Positions 11,847-25,248 of a stretch of DNA of 64,000 bases are shown piece by piece (position 1 is the stretch's first letter; every line of letters starts with the position of its first letter). Below the pieces are notes generated by a model that did not search any database, was not told where the DNA came from, and saw only the letters and a program-made list of their open reading frames with translations. The position numbers were made by a program, and so were the translations under genes. Source of the DNA: Macrostomum hystrix (lineage: Eukaryota > Animalia > Platyhelminthes); contig CATNEN010000010.1 in NCBI GenBank assembly GCA_950097015.1, positions 2,976,001 to 3,040,000 on the forward strand, given 5' to 3'.

Positions 11847-13899
11847 GCGCGAATCTGAAGATGAACTCCTCAATCGGCCTCCTTATTTTGGATTTGCTAA
11901 AAATTGTCTTCACTGGGCCGTCGCATGATCTTCTTTGATTTTCTTTTCAAGAGTACAAACCTCTAAAGTGCAATCAGTTTCTTTCCGATTAAACTGTTCA
12001 ACATGATTTAGGAAAGCCAAACTAGTTTGCGATGACTTGATCGGTAAGACTGTAGTTTTCTAAACACACAGTTAGTAAAAAAAATTGCATTTGTGGAATT
12101 TCGACAACCAGTAAAGTGTATAAGGCAACACAAAGTTTTGCTCGTAAAAAGTAAAAAAATTAATTATTGGCGATGCTCACTTAAGATAAGCCATTGAGAA
12201 GTCTTGTCACTGTGCCAGATCAAACTCATTTTTTACGAAGACTAATTGCAAACATGTCTCACGATTTTGAAAACGTGTTGTATATTGGCGCGTATTTAAA
12301 AGACACTATCGAAATAATTATCGGACATTACGTTACATGATTACATACATTATTAGTAAGATAACATACATTGTCGAGACAGATAGCAATCTGTCATTGC
12401 GTTTCGAAACGCCAACACGAAAACACCAACATTGCAGCACAAAGCGGCATTGAAATAATAATTAAAATGGCTTCTTGCTATAATTAAATTTCCTATAAAT
12501 TGCTATAATAACATTTTACACTATTTAAATCATATGATATCTGTGAGTGTTGTACATACACAAGTAGTATTTCAGTAAGGATTAGACAATGAATCAGTCT
12601 GTAAATATAAGCGGAATCGTTTTTCAGCTAGGTAACCATCGCTAAAAAGTTAAGTGCTGAGTGCAAAAGACGGCAAAGCAATTTTAAAAGAGTAAAGATA
12701 AATATTTGTTTCAATTAAGATAAGAGTGTCATCTGTATTGACTTTGGGGCAATATGCGTTTTGAGTTTCAGCACAGAGATGCTTATGGCCTATGCTTAAT
12801 TTTATTCTTATAACTTTTAGTCTACATAGAATTACTTAGGTCTAGTAGTCAATCGGAATCCAAGGCAACAATTCAACAAAGATAGTGAGCTGGAGTGTAT
12901 ATATATTTATACTTCAGTATTAGGCCTAACAAAAAGTGGTATGACTTTGTCCAACTTCCCTTGGTAATTTGCTTAAAATTGGCTTAGTAATTTGCTAGCT
13001 GGGTACACTAACCCCACTTCAACTAGAGGGAGGTTTTAGGGGTTTTGAGTAACAACTGTATGGCTGCTGGTGAGTCGCATATAGTCTAGGCCTAGCCACC
13101 ACATGTTCCTATGCCTAGTTAGTTAGTTAGCATTCTGCAAGGCCTAAATTTTATTTTTATACTGGGTGACTGCAAAACATTAAAAAGGTATGAAAAAGAA
13201 GTTTTAGCTATGAAGCTGTTAATCAAACTACATTACATATTATTTTTTGTGCTATGCTAGATGTCCTATTGGCATTCTCTAAAGATGCTTATAATATTTC
13301 ATATAAAATGTTTTGAAATTTCTAGTTAGCCAGATACATGTTAGCATTATTGATTAGGCCTATGTCTATAATTTCTAGACAAATATCAAAGTATTGCCTT
13401 TTCAGAGGCATTTTTATTAGCATTGGCTTTGTATATTTGCTTAGTAAAATATATATTGAACTTTTTAAGTCATAACTATACAGATACACAATATAAAAAT
13501 GTATACACTTTAAATTTATACTATACTTTTTTATTGGCAATCTTTAGGAGTAGAATTTCAGCAGGGATCCAATGTTTTTTTTACATGGAGTTAGAATTCT
13601 GCCAATGCAGTTCTAAAATTAGCTATGAAATGATAAAATTACTCTGGCTCTTATAGTTATTGTAGCCTACCAGTATTTGAACCATATGTAATTAGCTATT
13701 CACAAATTAATAAATGTAACAGTGTCTAAAACACTTTTGGTTAGTTATCTTCAAGCTTATGGCAACTCTTGCATATTCTAGATTGTGATTTAAAAAGAAA
13801 TACTTTTTTTAGGAAATAGATTTTCTTATAAATATTGTGCTCATAAATGATAAAGAAATAACTTATGAATCAAACCTATTCTTTGCAGTCCTGACATCA

Positions 13900-13977
13900 A
13901 TGTATCAGCATCATAATCCCCACATGCACCAAGCTCCACCCCCTGTGCCACACACAATGTCCATGTCAATGTCGCCC

Positions 13978-14008
<31 letters not shown>

Positions 14009-17000
14009 TTCAGCAGCAACAGTTTCAACAGCAGCAGCAGCAGATGATGGTGATGCCAGCCCCAGCTCGGCAGGACATGATTCCACTAGCCAGGGTGATC
14101 GAATTCGCCTGCCAGAAGGCCTACACAGACCTGAACCTGCTTAGCGAGCTGCTGCATAGCAAGAATGACATAGAGCGCAAAATTGAACTGGTGAAGTACC
14201 TGAGCCGCATTCGCTACACCCTCATCCGCCTCCTGGCTTTGGTGAAATGGGCCAGCGGCGCCAGCCGGGTTGACCAATGCGAACAGATCATTGCCTACCT
14301 GGAAGAGCAGAGCAACCTATTGTTTGGCACCGCCAACTGGCTCATGGACCTGGCCAAGGGTACCCTGACCGGCGCTCGACTGCCGCCATTCGCCACCATC
14401 ACAGCTGTTGACATCTTCACCCAGCACACCTACACCCGGCTGCCCGCCTGTGTCAAGCGGCTGGCCGGAATTCCGCCAGAACCGATCCAGCTCTGGGAGC
14501 AGCGCGAGTGTCTTGAGCAGCTGGACAGTCTGATCCTGTATCGGCTCACCATGACCGAGATACCGCTGGCTATGCGACAGATTAAGGTGCTTATTGGCTG
14601 ACATCTTATCATTCAATAATTACAACCTCATTTAAACCCGAATCACCTAGTGTCAAGCTAAGCGAGCAAATCTCTTAGCATGACCTTAGCTATCATCCTA
14701 ATGTTGGTCTCATCTATCACTCCTAAGTGACCTCACCTCATTCCTAAATTACCTGACCTCACTCACTCCTGAGGGACCTGACCTGACCTCACTCACTCCT
14801 GAGGGACCTGACCTCACTCACTCCTGAGGGACCTGACCTGACCTCACTCACTCCTGAGGGACCTGACCTGACCTCACTCACTCCTGAGGGACCTGACCTC
14901 ACTCACTCACTCCTGAGGGTCCTGACCTGACCTCACTCACTCCTGAGGGTCCTGACCTCACTCACTCCTGAGGGACCTGACCTGACCTCACTCACTCCTG
15001 AGGGTCCTGACCTGACCTCACTCACTCCTGAGGGTCCTGACCTCACTCACTCCTGAGGGACCTGACCTCAATCACTCCTGAGGGTCCTGACCTCACTCAC
15101 TCCTGAGGGACCTGACCTCACTCACTCACTCCTGAGGGTCCTGACCTGACCTCACTCACTCCTGAGGGTCCTGACCTCACTCACTCCTGAGGGACCTGAC
15201 CTGACCTCACTCACTCCTGAGGGTCCTGACCTGACCTCACTCACTCCTGAGGGTCCTGACCTCACTCACTCCTGAGGGACCTGACCTCAATCACTCCTGA
15301 GGGACCTGACCTGACCTCACTCACTCCTGAGTGACCTGACCTGACCTCACTCACTCCTGAGTGACCTGACCTGACCTCACTCACTCCTGAGTGACCTGAC
15401 CTGACCTCACTCACTCCTGAGGGACCTGACCTCACTCACTCCTGAGGGACCTGACCTGACCTCACTCACTCCTGAGGGACCTGACCTCACTCACTCCTGA
15501 GGGTCCTGACCTGACCTCACTCACTCCTGAGGGTCCTGACCTGACCTCACTCACTCCTGAGGGACCTGACCTCACTCACTCACTCCTGAGGGTCCTGACC
15601 TGACCTCACTCACTCCTGAGGGTCCTGACCTCACTCACTCCTGAGGGACCTGACCTGACCTCACTCACTCCTGAGGGACCTGACCTGACCTCACTCACTC
15701 CTGAGGGACCTGACCTCACTCACTCCTGAGGGACCTGACCTCAATCACTCCTGAGGGACCTGACCTCACTCACTCCTGAGGGACCTGACCTGACCTCACT
15801 CACTCCTGAGGGTCCTGACCTGACCTCACTCACTCCTGAGGGTCCTGACCTCACTCACTCCTGAGGGACCTGACCTCAATCACTCCTGAGGGACCTGACC
15901 TGACCTCACTCACTCCTGAGTGACCTGACCTGACCTCACTCACTCCTGAGTGACCTGACCTGACCTCACTCACTCCTGAGTGACCTGACCTGACCTCACT
16001 CACTCCTGAGGGACCTGACCTCACTCACTCCTGAGGGACCTGACCTGACCTCACTCACTCCTGAGGGACCTGACCTCACTCACTCCTGAGGGTCCTGACC
16101 TGACCTCACTCACTCCTGAGGGTCCTGACCTGACCTCACTCACTCCTGAGGGACCTGACCTCACTCACTCACTCCTGAGGGTCCTGACCTGACCTCACTC
16201 ACTCCTGAGGGTCCTGACCTCACTCACTCCTGAGGGACCTGACCTGACCTCACTCACTCCTGAGGGACCTGACCTGACCTCACTCACTCCTGAGGGACCT
16301 GACCTTACTCACTCCTGAGGGACCTGACCTCAATCACTCCTGAGGGACCTGACCTCACTCACTCCTGAGGGACCTGACCTGACCTCACTCACTCCTGAGG
16401 GTCCTGACCTGACCTCACTCACTCCTGGGGGTCCTGACCTCACTCACTCCTGAGGGACCTGACCTCAATCACTCCTGAGGGACCTGACCTGACCTCACTC
16501 ACTCCTGAGTGACCTGACCTGACCTCACTCACTCCTGAGTGACCTGACCTGACCTCACTCACTCCTGAGTGACCTGACCTGACCTCACTCACTCCTGAGT
16601 GACCTGACCTGACCTCACTCACTCCTGAGGGACCTGACCTGACCTCACTCACTCCTGAGGGACCTGACCTCACTCACTCCTGAGGGTCCTGACCTGACCT
16701 CACTCACTCCTGAGGGTCCTGACCTGACCTCACTCAATCCTGAGGGACCTGACCTCACTCACTCCTGAGGGTCCTGACCTGACCTCACTCACTCCTGAGG
16801 GTCCTGACCTCACTCACTCCTGAGGGACCTGACCTGACCTCACTCACTCCTGAGGGTCCTGACCTGACCTCACTCACTCATGAGGGTCCTGACCTCACTC
16901 ACTCCTGAGGGACCTGACCTCAATCACTCCTGAGGGACCTGACCTGACCTCACTCACTCCTGAGGGACCTGACCTCACTCACTCACTCCTGAGGGTCCTG

Positions 17001-20000
17001 ACCTGACCTCACTCACTCCTGAGGGTCCTGACCTCACTCACTCCTGAGGGACCTGACCTGACCTCACTCACTCCTGAGGGTCCTGACCTGACCTCACTCA
17101 CTCCTGAGGGTCCTGACCTCACTCACTCCTGAGGGACCTGACCTCAATCACTCCTGAGGGACCTGACCTGACCTCACTCACTCCTGAGTGACCTGACCTG
17201 ACCTCACTCACTCCTGAGTGACCTGACCTGACCTCACTCACTCCTGAGGGACCTGACCTCACTCACTCCTGAGTGACCTGACCTGACCTCACTCACTCCT
17301 GAGGGACCTGACCTCACTCACTCCTGAGTGACCTGACCTGACCTCACTCACTCCTGAGGGACCTGACCTGACCTCACTCACTCCTGAGGGACCTGACCTC
17401 ACTCACTCCTGAGGGACCTGACCTGACCTCACTCACTCCTGAGGGACCTGACCTGACCTCACTCACTCCTGAGGGACCTGACCTCACTCACTCCTGAGGG
17501 ACCTGACCTGACCTGACCTCACTCACTCCTGAGGGACCTGACCCGACCTCACTCACTCCTGAGTGACCTGACCTCACTCACTCCTGAGGGACCTGACCCG
17601 ACCTCACTCACTCCTGAGTGACCTGACCTGACCTGACCTCACTCACTCCTGAGGGACCTGACCTGACCTCACTCACTCCTGAGGGACCTGACCTGACCTG
17701 ACCTCACTCACTCCTGAGTGACCTGACCTGACCTGACCTCACTCACTCCTGAGTGACCTGACCTGACCCGACCTCACTCACTCCTGAGTGACCTGACCTG
17801 ACCTGACCTCACTCACTCCTGAGGGACCTGACCTGACCTGACCTCACTCACTCCTGAGTGACCTGACCTGACCTGACCTCACTCACTCCTGAGTGACCTG
17901 ACCTGACCCGACCTCACTCACTCCTGAGTGACCTGACCTGACCTGACCTCACTCACTCCTGAGGGACCTGACCTGACCTCACCTCACTCCTAAGTGACTA
18001 GTCCTCACGTCATGTGACCTTATCTTACCCCTAATAGCTCGTTAACTCGAAAACAGAAACACAATTGTGCATTATAGCATCAAAAGTTTGTACAACAGAA
18101 ACGAGTCTCAAGACACCTTATCTCAACTCAAGTGACCATATATTTTTTGCCGATTACCTTGCCTCAATTTCAAGACAAACAACTTAATCCATTCTTAAAC
18201 AGCATATCACCCTAGCTAGCTGCCCCGACCCTTGCCACTCAGGTGTACAATGGTCGCGCGGTGCTGACAGTGCCGCACGAGTTCTCCGTATCCCTGACGC
18301 TGATGTCAGACTCCCTGTCCAATCCGTGGCGCATTCTCAACATCAAATGCCTGCTGCGCGACCTGCACACGGGCCGCGGTAAGCCGCTGGTACACCCTCT
18401 CCAGATGCAGTGGCTGCATCAGCGCTGCCAGGACCGCATCATCAGCAAGGATATCGATCCCAGACCACCGCTGGTGCATCTGTACGACATGCTGCACTCG
18501 TTCTGCACCTTCCTGCAGCTGGACCTACTCTACGAGCAGGCCTGCCGACTGATCCGGCTGAGGTTCGAAGATCTGCTGACTGTGGAAAAGTACACACCGG
18601 GTAGCTCGCTCCAGCTGGTCTATTGGAGAGATCTGAGGCGACCCGCGGCTGCCAGCTATCGGGTGCGCGGGCACAGCCTGCGGCTGCACGCGGACCCGCT
18701 GGACCCCCGGCAGCCAATCTGCATCACGCACTTTCCGGATCTGTCGGCCAGGTGAGTTTAACTTTGTAGAAGTTACTGTGGGAATATTTCAGATTGCATA
18801 TATTTTGCCGACAATTAAATTTAATTTGGCCGCGCCGCCGAATCGAACTCATGGAACTTGTTGCGAGAAACAATGGCATTAGGCCCTTCTGTCACTCACC
18901 CGTCAATCCAGCGATGCCATCTCTATCGGCCGCTGCATCCGGTCTGACGAGCTGTCGCTGGAGCGCCTCCTAGACCGGACAATCCAGTGCCGCAGCCGCG
19001 ACCTGCTGTACAAAGCCTACAAACTGCTGGCCCTGCTAGTGGCCGAGCCGCCAGTCCGCTCCGCTGAGTCCCTCACCATCAGCCTGCTGCAGCCGTCGGC
19101 CAGGCACGAGCGCCTGTCAATTACTGTCAACGCCTATCGCGGTCTCTACGCTGTCCGGCTACCATCCGGATCCCGCCGGCCGTGTCGGCACCTTGCCGAG
19201 CTGGAGGACCGGCTAAACGAGGATCAGCCATCTTTGCGTCGCCTAGCAACGGCACTCGGTGGCCTTCGCGCCTGGCTGCTTTGTCGCCGCGTCCAGGCCC
19301 TGTTCCCTGACAGGCGTGTCGCCTCCAGCCTGCCGACCGCCCGGCCGCTGCCGCTAGCTTTTGCCAGCGTTGTTAACACAGCGCCTCACGTCTGCTATGT
19401 TCAGCTGCATCGCTACCAGAGCAATTACCTGGCACTGGTGCCCACCGGTGGCTTGAACCCCGGTTTCACCTGTTATTACATAACCGGCTCAGCCCAGGCT
19501 GGCTATTATCTGCGGCCCGCCAAGCTGTGCCAGATGCGGCCGCCGGATCTGCTGCAGCCAACGGCCAGGCCGCAGCCCACGGCTGACCCGCTGAAGTTTC
19601 TGGCCAAATGCCGCCAGTCCGGCCCGCTGTCCCTGCCGCGTCCGGCCGAGTCGCGGCTCCTGCAGGCCGCTTGGCTGGGCGAATTTGTGGACTCTATCGA
19701 AGAGGACCACTTGCTGCACCAGGTCATGTGCGAGCTGGCCAGATCCTGCCTGCCGCACAGGGAGTTCTCGCCCGACTCTGCCGGCATGAGAGCGCTCACT
19801 TTGCACAGGTGAGTAGCTGAGAGTCAGTCTCTTGTATCGTGTGTGCGTGTCTGTTGTGCCTCTATTTGTCCCTGTCTCCCTGTCTGTCTTGGGAGTCTTT
19901 TTGTAGCTGCCTGAAGTGTCTGTTTGCGGCTGCCTGAGGTGTCTGTTTGCGGCTGCCTGAGGTGTCTGTTTGCGGCTGCCTGAGGTGTCTGTTTGCGGCT

Positions 20001-22107
20001 GCCTGAGGTGTCTGTTTGCGGCTGCCTGAGGTGTCTGTTTGCGGCTGCCTGAGGTGTCTGTTTGCGGCTGCCTGAGGTGTCTGTTTGCGGCTGCCTGATG
20101 TGTCTGTTTGCGGCTGTCTGAGGTGTCTGTTTCTCCCGGCCGTGTGTGTTTCTGAGCTATCTCGGGTCCCACCAATTTTCTTACGTTCGTTGCTTTCCTC
20201 GATTATTAGCTAGCGAAGAGCGGCCCCTCTCCGCTTTGCGCACCTTCCAGTTTTCCGACCCCGCCCGGCATCAGCGCCGAAGCGGCCGCCCACGCCAGCT
20301 CGCTGGTGCAGTCGCTAACTCTTCGATTGTACAAGACCGGCCAGTACCAGCCGCCTGCCAGCTTCCGCGTGCCGCCGCCCCGAGCCGCCCTGGTGGCTTT
20401 GGTGCGCGAGTGGCGGCTCAGCGGCTGCCCGCTGGATCCGCCCGATCGGCGCGCCCGCACCTGCCCGCCCTGCGTGCACCTGGGCGTCAACGAGCTCGGC
20501 CCATCCAGCCGATGCGCCGAGGCCGTCGGCAGCGTCCTGTCTGAATGGCACCAGCTCTGCCACCTGGTCCAGGTGAGATAGCAGAAAGTTTATCTGACAT
20601 ATCTTATGTTTGTACCTGTTTGTAAATTTGTATTTGTGTGTCCTCTTCTGTTTTTCTGTTGTCTTATGTTTTGGCGCATCCCATCACATTGGCCAGATGT
20701 GCCTGCCGCTGACCCGCCGCGCCAACTGGCCCCCGGACACCTGCCTGGTGTCTTTCGGCTTCCCAGGCCTTCGCATCGCCTACGGCCCAGTCCGGGACGA
20801 AGAGGGCGTCCCAGTGTGGGAGATGCACATGATCCAGAAGGCGGCTGCAGGCCAGAAGCCGGACATCTACATCAACTTTGTCAGCCGGCGCCCGTCGGCT
20901 CCCAATCCGCATTTCCGGGTGCGCGAACAGCTTTCTAAGGATTTCCTGCGGCACCATAGCGTGCTGCATCTGCTCCGCCAGCTGGCCTCCTCGCACCGGG
21001 CCCTGGCGCCACTGGCCTGCTTGGCTGGCGGCTGGCACATCAGCCCACAGCTTGTCTGCTGCCGTCAGACGGTCCTGCTGGCCCATCCTTACCGGCTGCA
21101 GCTGGAGTACCGCGGCCGGGTCACGCTGTCCATCCGGCTGGACGCTGACTCCTGCGTTCGGCTGACCTCACCTCAGCTGACGCCCCTGCAGCTCATTCGG
21201 CTGCACCCGGCTGCCAGGATCGACAGCGACCAGTCGGTGGCACTGCCGGCCGCTGATTGGGCCACTCTGAAGCCGGACCACTGGTTGGCCTGCGCCTGCC
21301 AGTTCCTGTTTCTGTGCCAGGTAAGCTTCTGCTGGTTTGCTAATTAATCGTAAAAAAATCCTATCAAAATCCGCGGAAATTCCCTAGCAATTCAATTTCT
21401 CACAATCTAACATACAATTTTGAATTGTGCATGCCACACAGACCTGCGATCGTCAGCAGCAGCAGCTTCAGCAAGGTCGGCACGAACTACTCGACGATGG
21501 CTGTCAGCTGTCGCTTCGCACCGATCGCTTCGGCTGCCTGATTGTCCGCCTGTGCCTGGAGGGCGTCCTCTGCCACGTCGAAGCCGGGCCTCCCGCTCTG
21601 GCCATGTTCGTTCAGCGCCTGCTGTTCCAGCCGCCCTACCGCTGGCAGGCCGTGCCCTGCCTGATGATTCTGCTGGGCAACCCTGGAGCACTCAGCGCCT
21701 GCCTCTGCCTGGAGGAGCCCAGCCTGCTGCTGCAGGGCCAGCCGTGGCTCACCCAGGTGCAGCTGCTCACGGTCAAGTGGCATCCGGCCACGCCTCCCAA
21801 TCACCTGGGCATGCCAGCTGTCGGCCAGTACCGATCGCACGACCAGCGCACCGAGCTGTACTTCGGCCTCCTGCTGACCGACTGCGACACCAGGCGCAGC
21901 ATTTCCGTCATGCTGCTCTACGACGAATTGAAGAACGAGGCCCGGCTGCTGAACCCATTCGCAGCTGGCGGCAGCGCCGTCACCAGCACGCTGATGCGCC
22001 TGGACGCCGAGGTCGTGAAGCCCGTCCAGGCCAGGTTTGGCAATAGTCCCGACTGCCTACTGCCGCACCTGTTCAGGGCCATGGCCTCCAGGAAACTGAT
22101 TCCCTGA
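13900..22107 (+). CDS. MED14: Mediator subunit 14, about 1234 aa. Exons 13900-14586, 18243-18751, 18912-19808, 20251-20572, 20697-21320, 21442-22107
   Basis: IPLARVIEFACQKAYTDL..LSELL..K.DIERKIELV.Y....R..LIRLLALVKWA, LPPFATITAVDI, NGR..LTVPHEF..SLTLM....PWRIL and HP.Q....H...Q.R match the MED14 N-terminal domain. Exon sum is 3705 nt, in frame, all GT-AG. The exon 4 acceptor could alternatively be 20221. Confidence 0.92.
13981..14043 (+). repeat. CAG/CAA polyglutamine tract (Q9-L-Q4-F-Q6) in the MED14 N-terminus
   Basis: Direct reading of cagcagcag... Confidence 0.9.
14718..18000. repeat. Minisatellite in MED14 intron 1, 25/30-bp units (gacct)1-3cactcactcctgagg, with a 589-bp higher-order period
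   Basis: About 3.3 kb of tandem units. The rare ctcaatcact variant recurs 589 bp apart (15289>15878>16467; 15743>16332). Confidence 0.95.
19908..20128. repeat. 23-bp tandem repeat (tgtttgcggctgcctgaggtgtc) in MED14 intron 3
   Basis: About 9 near-identical copies. Confidence 0.95.
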
Positions 22108-22769
22108 CAGTCCGTGTTCCTGAATTCAATTTCTACAATTAGCCGATTCTCTGAAATTCTAGTTCCCCGAAAATTTGTGCTGTTTCCGAATTTCTGTTCT
22201 TATCAAAAGTTCCTTAGAATTTATGCTTGAAGAAATTTTGTTGTTTTTTATCCTCGGAATTGTTTTTTACCTGCTCTCGCAGAATTGATCCCGTTTTTTG
22301 GCATAAAACTTTGCTTTTCTGAACTGACCCAGTGACTCAACTCGCATGTGAATGCATTTGTAAAACATTAAATCCAAACCTGTTTGCCCACTCAAAATGA
22401 AAAACATGGCTTAAATTAGCAAAAAAATGTTTGTTCCTTTGTTAGTAGAGCAATACCAGCCCGATAATCTGCTGTAAGTTGCTGCTCAGTTTGCGTAAAT
22501 TCAATTAATTAAGCTGATGTTACAACTGTGTCGTTTTCATCTGCGTCGGTCGTGTTTCCAGTTATTTTATGCACACTAATCTTAATAAACAGCTGTGCAT
22601 ATTGTATATAAATTAATATGCATTGTTTGCTAGATCTGACATATTGCGTCTTGAAGTCTTCTTTTTAGTTTGTATTTAAAAGATAAGATATCAATACCTT
22701 TATGGGGCTTACAGCAGATTCTGTAATAAACGTTGATAACTCATTATCTACCTTATTTAGAAATCCCAG

Positions 22770-23382
22770 ATCTATGTATATCCTGATCCCACATCTCTCA
22801 CCTGCCACATCCAGATCCCAGATCTCAGTATATCCCCACCTGTCACTTCCAGATCCCAGATCTCAGTATATCCCCACCTGTCACTTCCAGATCCCAGATC
22901 TCAGTATATCCTCACCTGTCACTTCCAGATCCCAGATCTCTGTATATCCTCACCAGTCACTTCCAGATCCCAGATCTCTGTATATCCTCACCTGTCACTT
23001 CCTGATCCCAGATCTCTATATCCTCACCTGTCACTTCCAGATCCCAGATCTCTGTATATCCTCACCTGTCACTTCCAGATCCCAGATCTCTGTATATCCT
23101 CACCTGTCACTTCCAGATACCAGATCTCTGTATATCCTCACCTGTCACTTCCTGATCCCAGATCTCTATATCCTCACCTGTCACTTCCAGATACCAGATC
23201 TCTGTATATCCTCACCTGTCACTTCCTGATCCCAGATCTCTATATCCTCACCTGTCACTTCCAGATACCAGATCTCTATATCCTCACCTGTCACTTCCAG
23301 ATCCCAGATCTCAGTATATCCTCACCAGTCACTTCCAGATCCCAGATCTCAGTATATCCTCACCTGTCACTTCCAGATACCA
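22770..23382. repeat. 36/38-bp tandem repeat (tatatcctcacctgtcacttccagatcccagatctctg) between MED14 and TRAPPC5
   Basis: About 16 copies; the unit reads like a 3' splice site on the + strand. Confidence 0.95.
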
Positions 23383-23472
23383 GTGTCAAAGGCTTCTGAA
23401 CTCCAGTAGCAGTGCATGAAAATATTCTCAACAGAATATTATCCGTTTGCAGTCTCCAGCTCGGCTAGCCCA

Positions 23473-24033
23473 ATGTCTCAGCTTTCTCGCTCGCCGCTAG
23501 ACCGGTCCCTGCTACGGCCCAAGACCGACCTTCCGGTGGCCACATTCAGCCTGCTCCTGTCCGAGATGATCAAGTACTCGAACGGTCGCTCTCGCACCGT
23601 GCAAGAGCTTCAGTCGAAACTGGCAGACTTTGGCCGGCACATCGGCTCCCGGTCGCTGGATCTGCTGTTCTTTCGCGAAAGGAACGGCCGCAGAGAACTG
23701 CGCCTGAAGAACGCACTGTTTTTAGTTAAGTCCAGCCTGTGGCGCATGCTCTTCAGCAAGGACTGCGACGACCTGGAACAGAGCACTGACGATGAGCGCA
23801 CCTACTACTTCGTGGAGCGAGACCCAGTCACGAACAGGTTCGTGTCCTTCAGCCAGAAGGCCGACACCAACGTCAACTGTGCCGCATTCGTTGGCGGCGT
23901 ACTCGAAGGCGCCCTGTGCTCCGCCGGCTTCGAGTGCCAGGTGGCCACCTTCTTCTCTAACGATGTCACCTACTATGAGGTGAAGTTTGAGCCGGCTGTG
24001 CTCACTAGAGACCGGATGCTGGACAGTCGGTGA
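23473..24033 (+). CDS. TRAPPC5: TRAPP complex subunit 5 (Trs31), single coding exon, 186 aa
   Basis: TFSLLLSEMIKYS..RSRTVQELQSKLADFGRHIG, RRELRL, LWRMLFSKDCDDLEQ, NCAAFVGGVLEG.L...GF and YEVKFEPAVL.RDR are Bet3-family/TRAPPC5 signatures. Acceptor tttgcag at 23446-23452. Confidence 0.93.
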   Translation: MSQLSRSPLDRSLLRPKTDLPVATFSLLLSEMIKYSNGRSRTVQELQSKLADFGRHIGSRSLDLLFFRERNGRRELRLKNALFLVKSSLWRMLFSKDCDDLEQSTDDERTYYFVERDPVTNRFVSFSQKADTNVNCAAFVGGVLEGALCSAGFECQVATFFSNDVTYYEVKFEPAVLTRDRMLDSR

Positions 24034-24309
24034 TGAAGCCAACTAGCTAGCCAAGGCCTGTTAATTAAAAGAATTCTGATAATGTACTGCCGAATGTTAG
24101 TCAACACCCTGGCCCCATTGTATTATTCAGCTTCACTAATTGTGATATAAAATGGTATAGGTCATTTATTACAGCAATTATCAATGTCCTCTACTTTTTG
24201 GCCGTGTCTTTCTTTCTGTGTAACATTCTACCTCTACAGACACCTGAAATTAATAGGTGTCTGTTGTCTGGAATTGAGGTGTCTGAAATTCGTCAAAAAT
24301 CCTAAAAAT

Positions 24310-25100
24310 GACAAATCAGCAGTCACTAAAAATCCCCAATCAACAGACACTTGAAATCCCCAATCAACAGACACTTGAAATCCCCAATCAACAGGCACTA
24401 GGAATCCCCAATCAACAGTCACTAGAAGTCCCCAATCAGCAGACACCTGAAATCCCCAATCAACAGACACTAGGAATCCCCAATCAACAGTCACTAGAAG
24501 TCCCCAATCAGCAGACACCTGAAATCCCCAATCAACAGGCACTAGGAATCCCCAATCAACAGGCACTAGGAATCCCCAATCAACCGACACTTAAAATCTA
24601 CAATCAACAGGCACTTAAAATCCCCAATCAACAGTCACTAGAAATCCCCAATCAACAGGCACTTAAAATCCCCAATCAACCGACACTTAAAATCTACAAT
24701 CAACAGACACTAGGAATCCCCTATCAACAGGCACTTGAAATCCCCAATCAACAGACACTAGGAATCCCCAATCAACAGACACTAGGAATCCCCAATCAAC
24801 AGACACTAGGAATCCCCAATCAACTGACACTAGGAATCCCCAATCAACTGACACTAGGAATCCCCAATCAACAGACACTAGGAATGCCCCATCAACCGAC
24901 ACTAGGAATCCCCAATCAACAGTCACTTGGAATCCCCAATCAACAGTCACTTGGAATCCCCAATCAACTGACACTAGGAATCCCCAATCAACAGACACTA
25001 GGAATCCCCAATCAACAGTCACTTGGAATCCCCAATCAACTGACACTAGGAATCCCCAATCAACAGTCACTAGAAATCCCCAATCAACAGTCACTAGTAA
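24310..25100. repeat. 24-bp tandem repeat (aatccccaatcaacagacactagg) between TRAPPC5 and CAPN7
   Basis: About 32 copies, ending ~40 bp before the acceptor at 25139. Confidence 0.95.
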
Positions 25101-25248
25101 TACCCATCCTTCATATATTCAATTCTCAACTTCTTACAGCTCGGCACAATGAACGTAAACCAGCGAATTTGACCCCAGCTGAGGCAATCGAGCATAGATC
25201 AAGACTTGGATCAAGACCATCGAGCGGGCATCAGAGAGCTGCCAACCG

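Noticed and set aside
11900-13830. AT-rich spacer with short ORFs
   Set aside because: No coding signal or structured repeat found; probably promoter/outron sequence for MED14.
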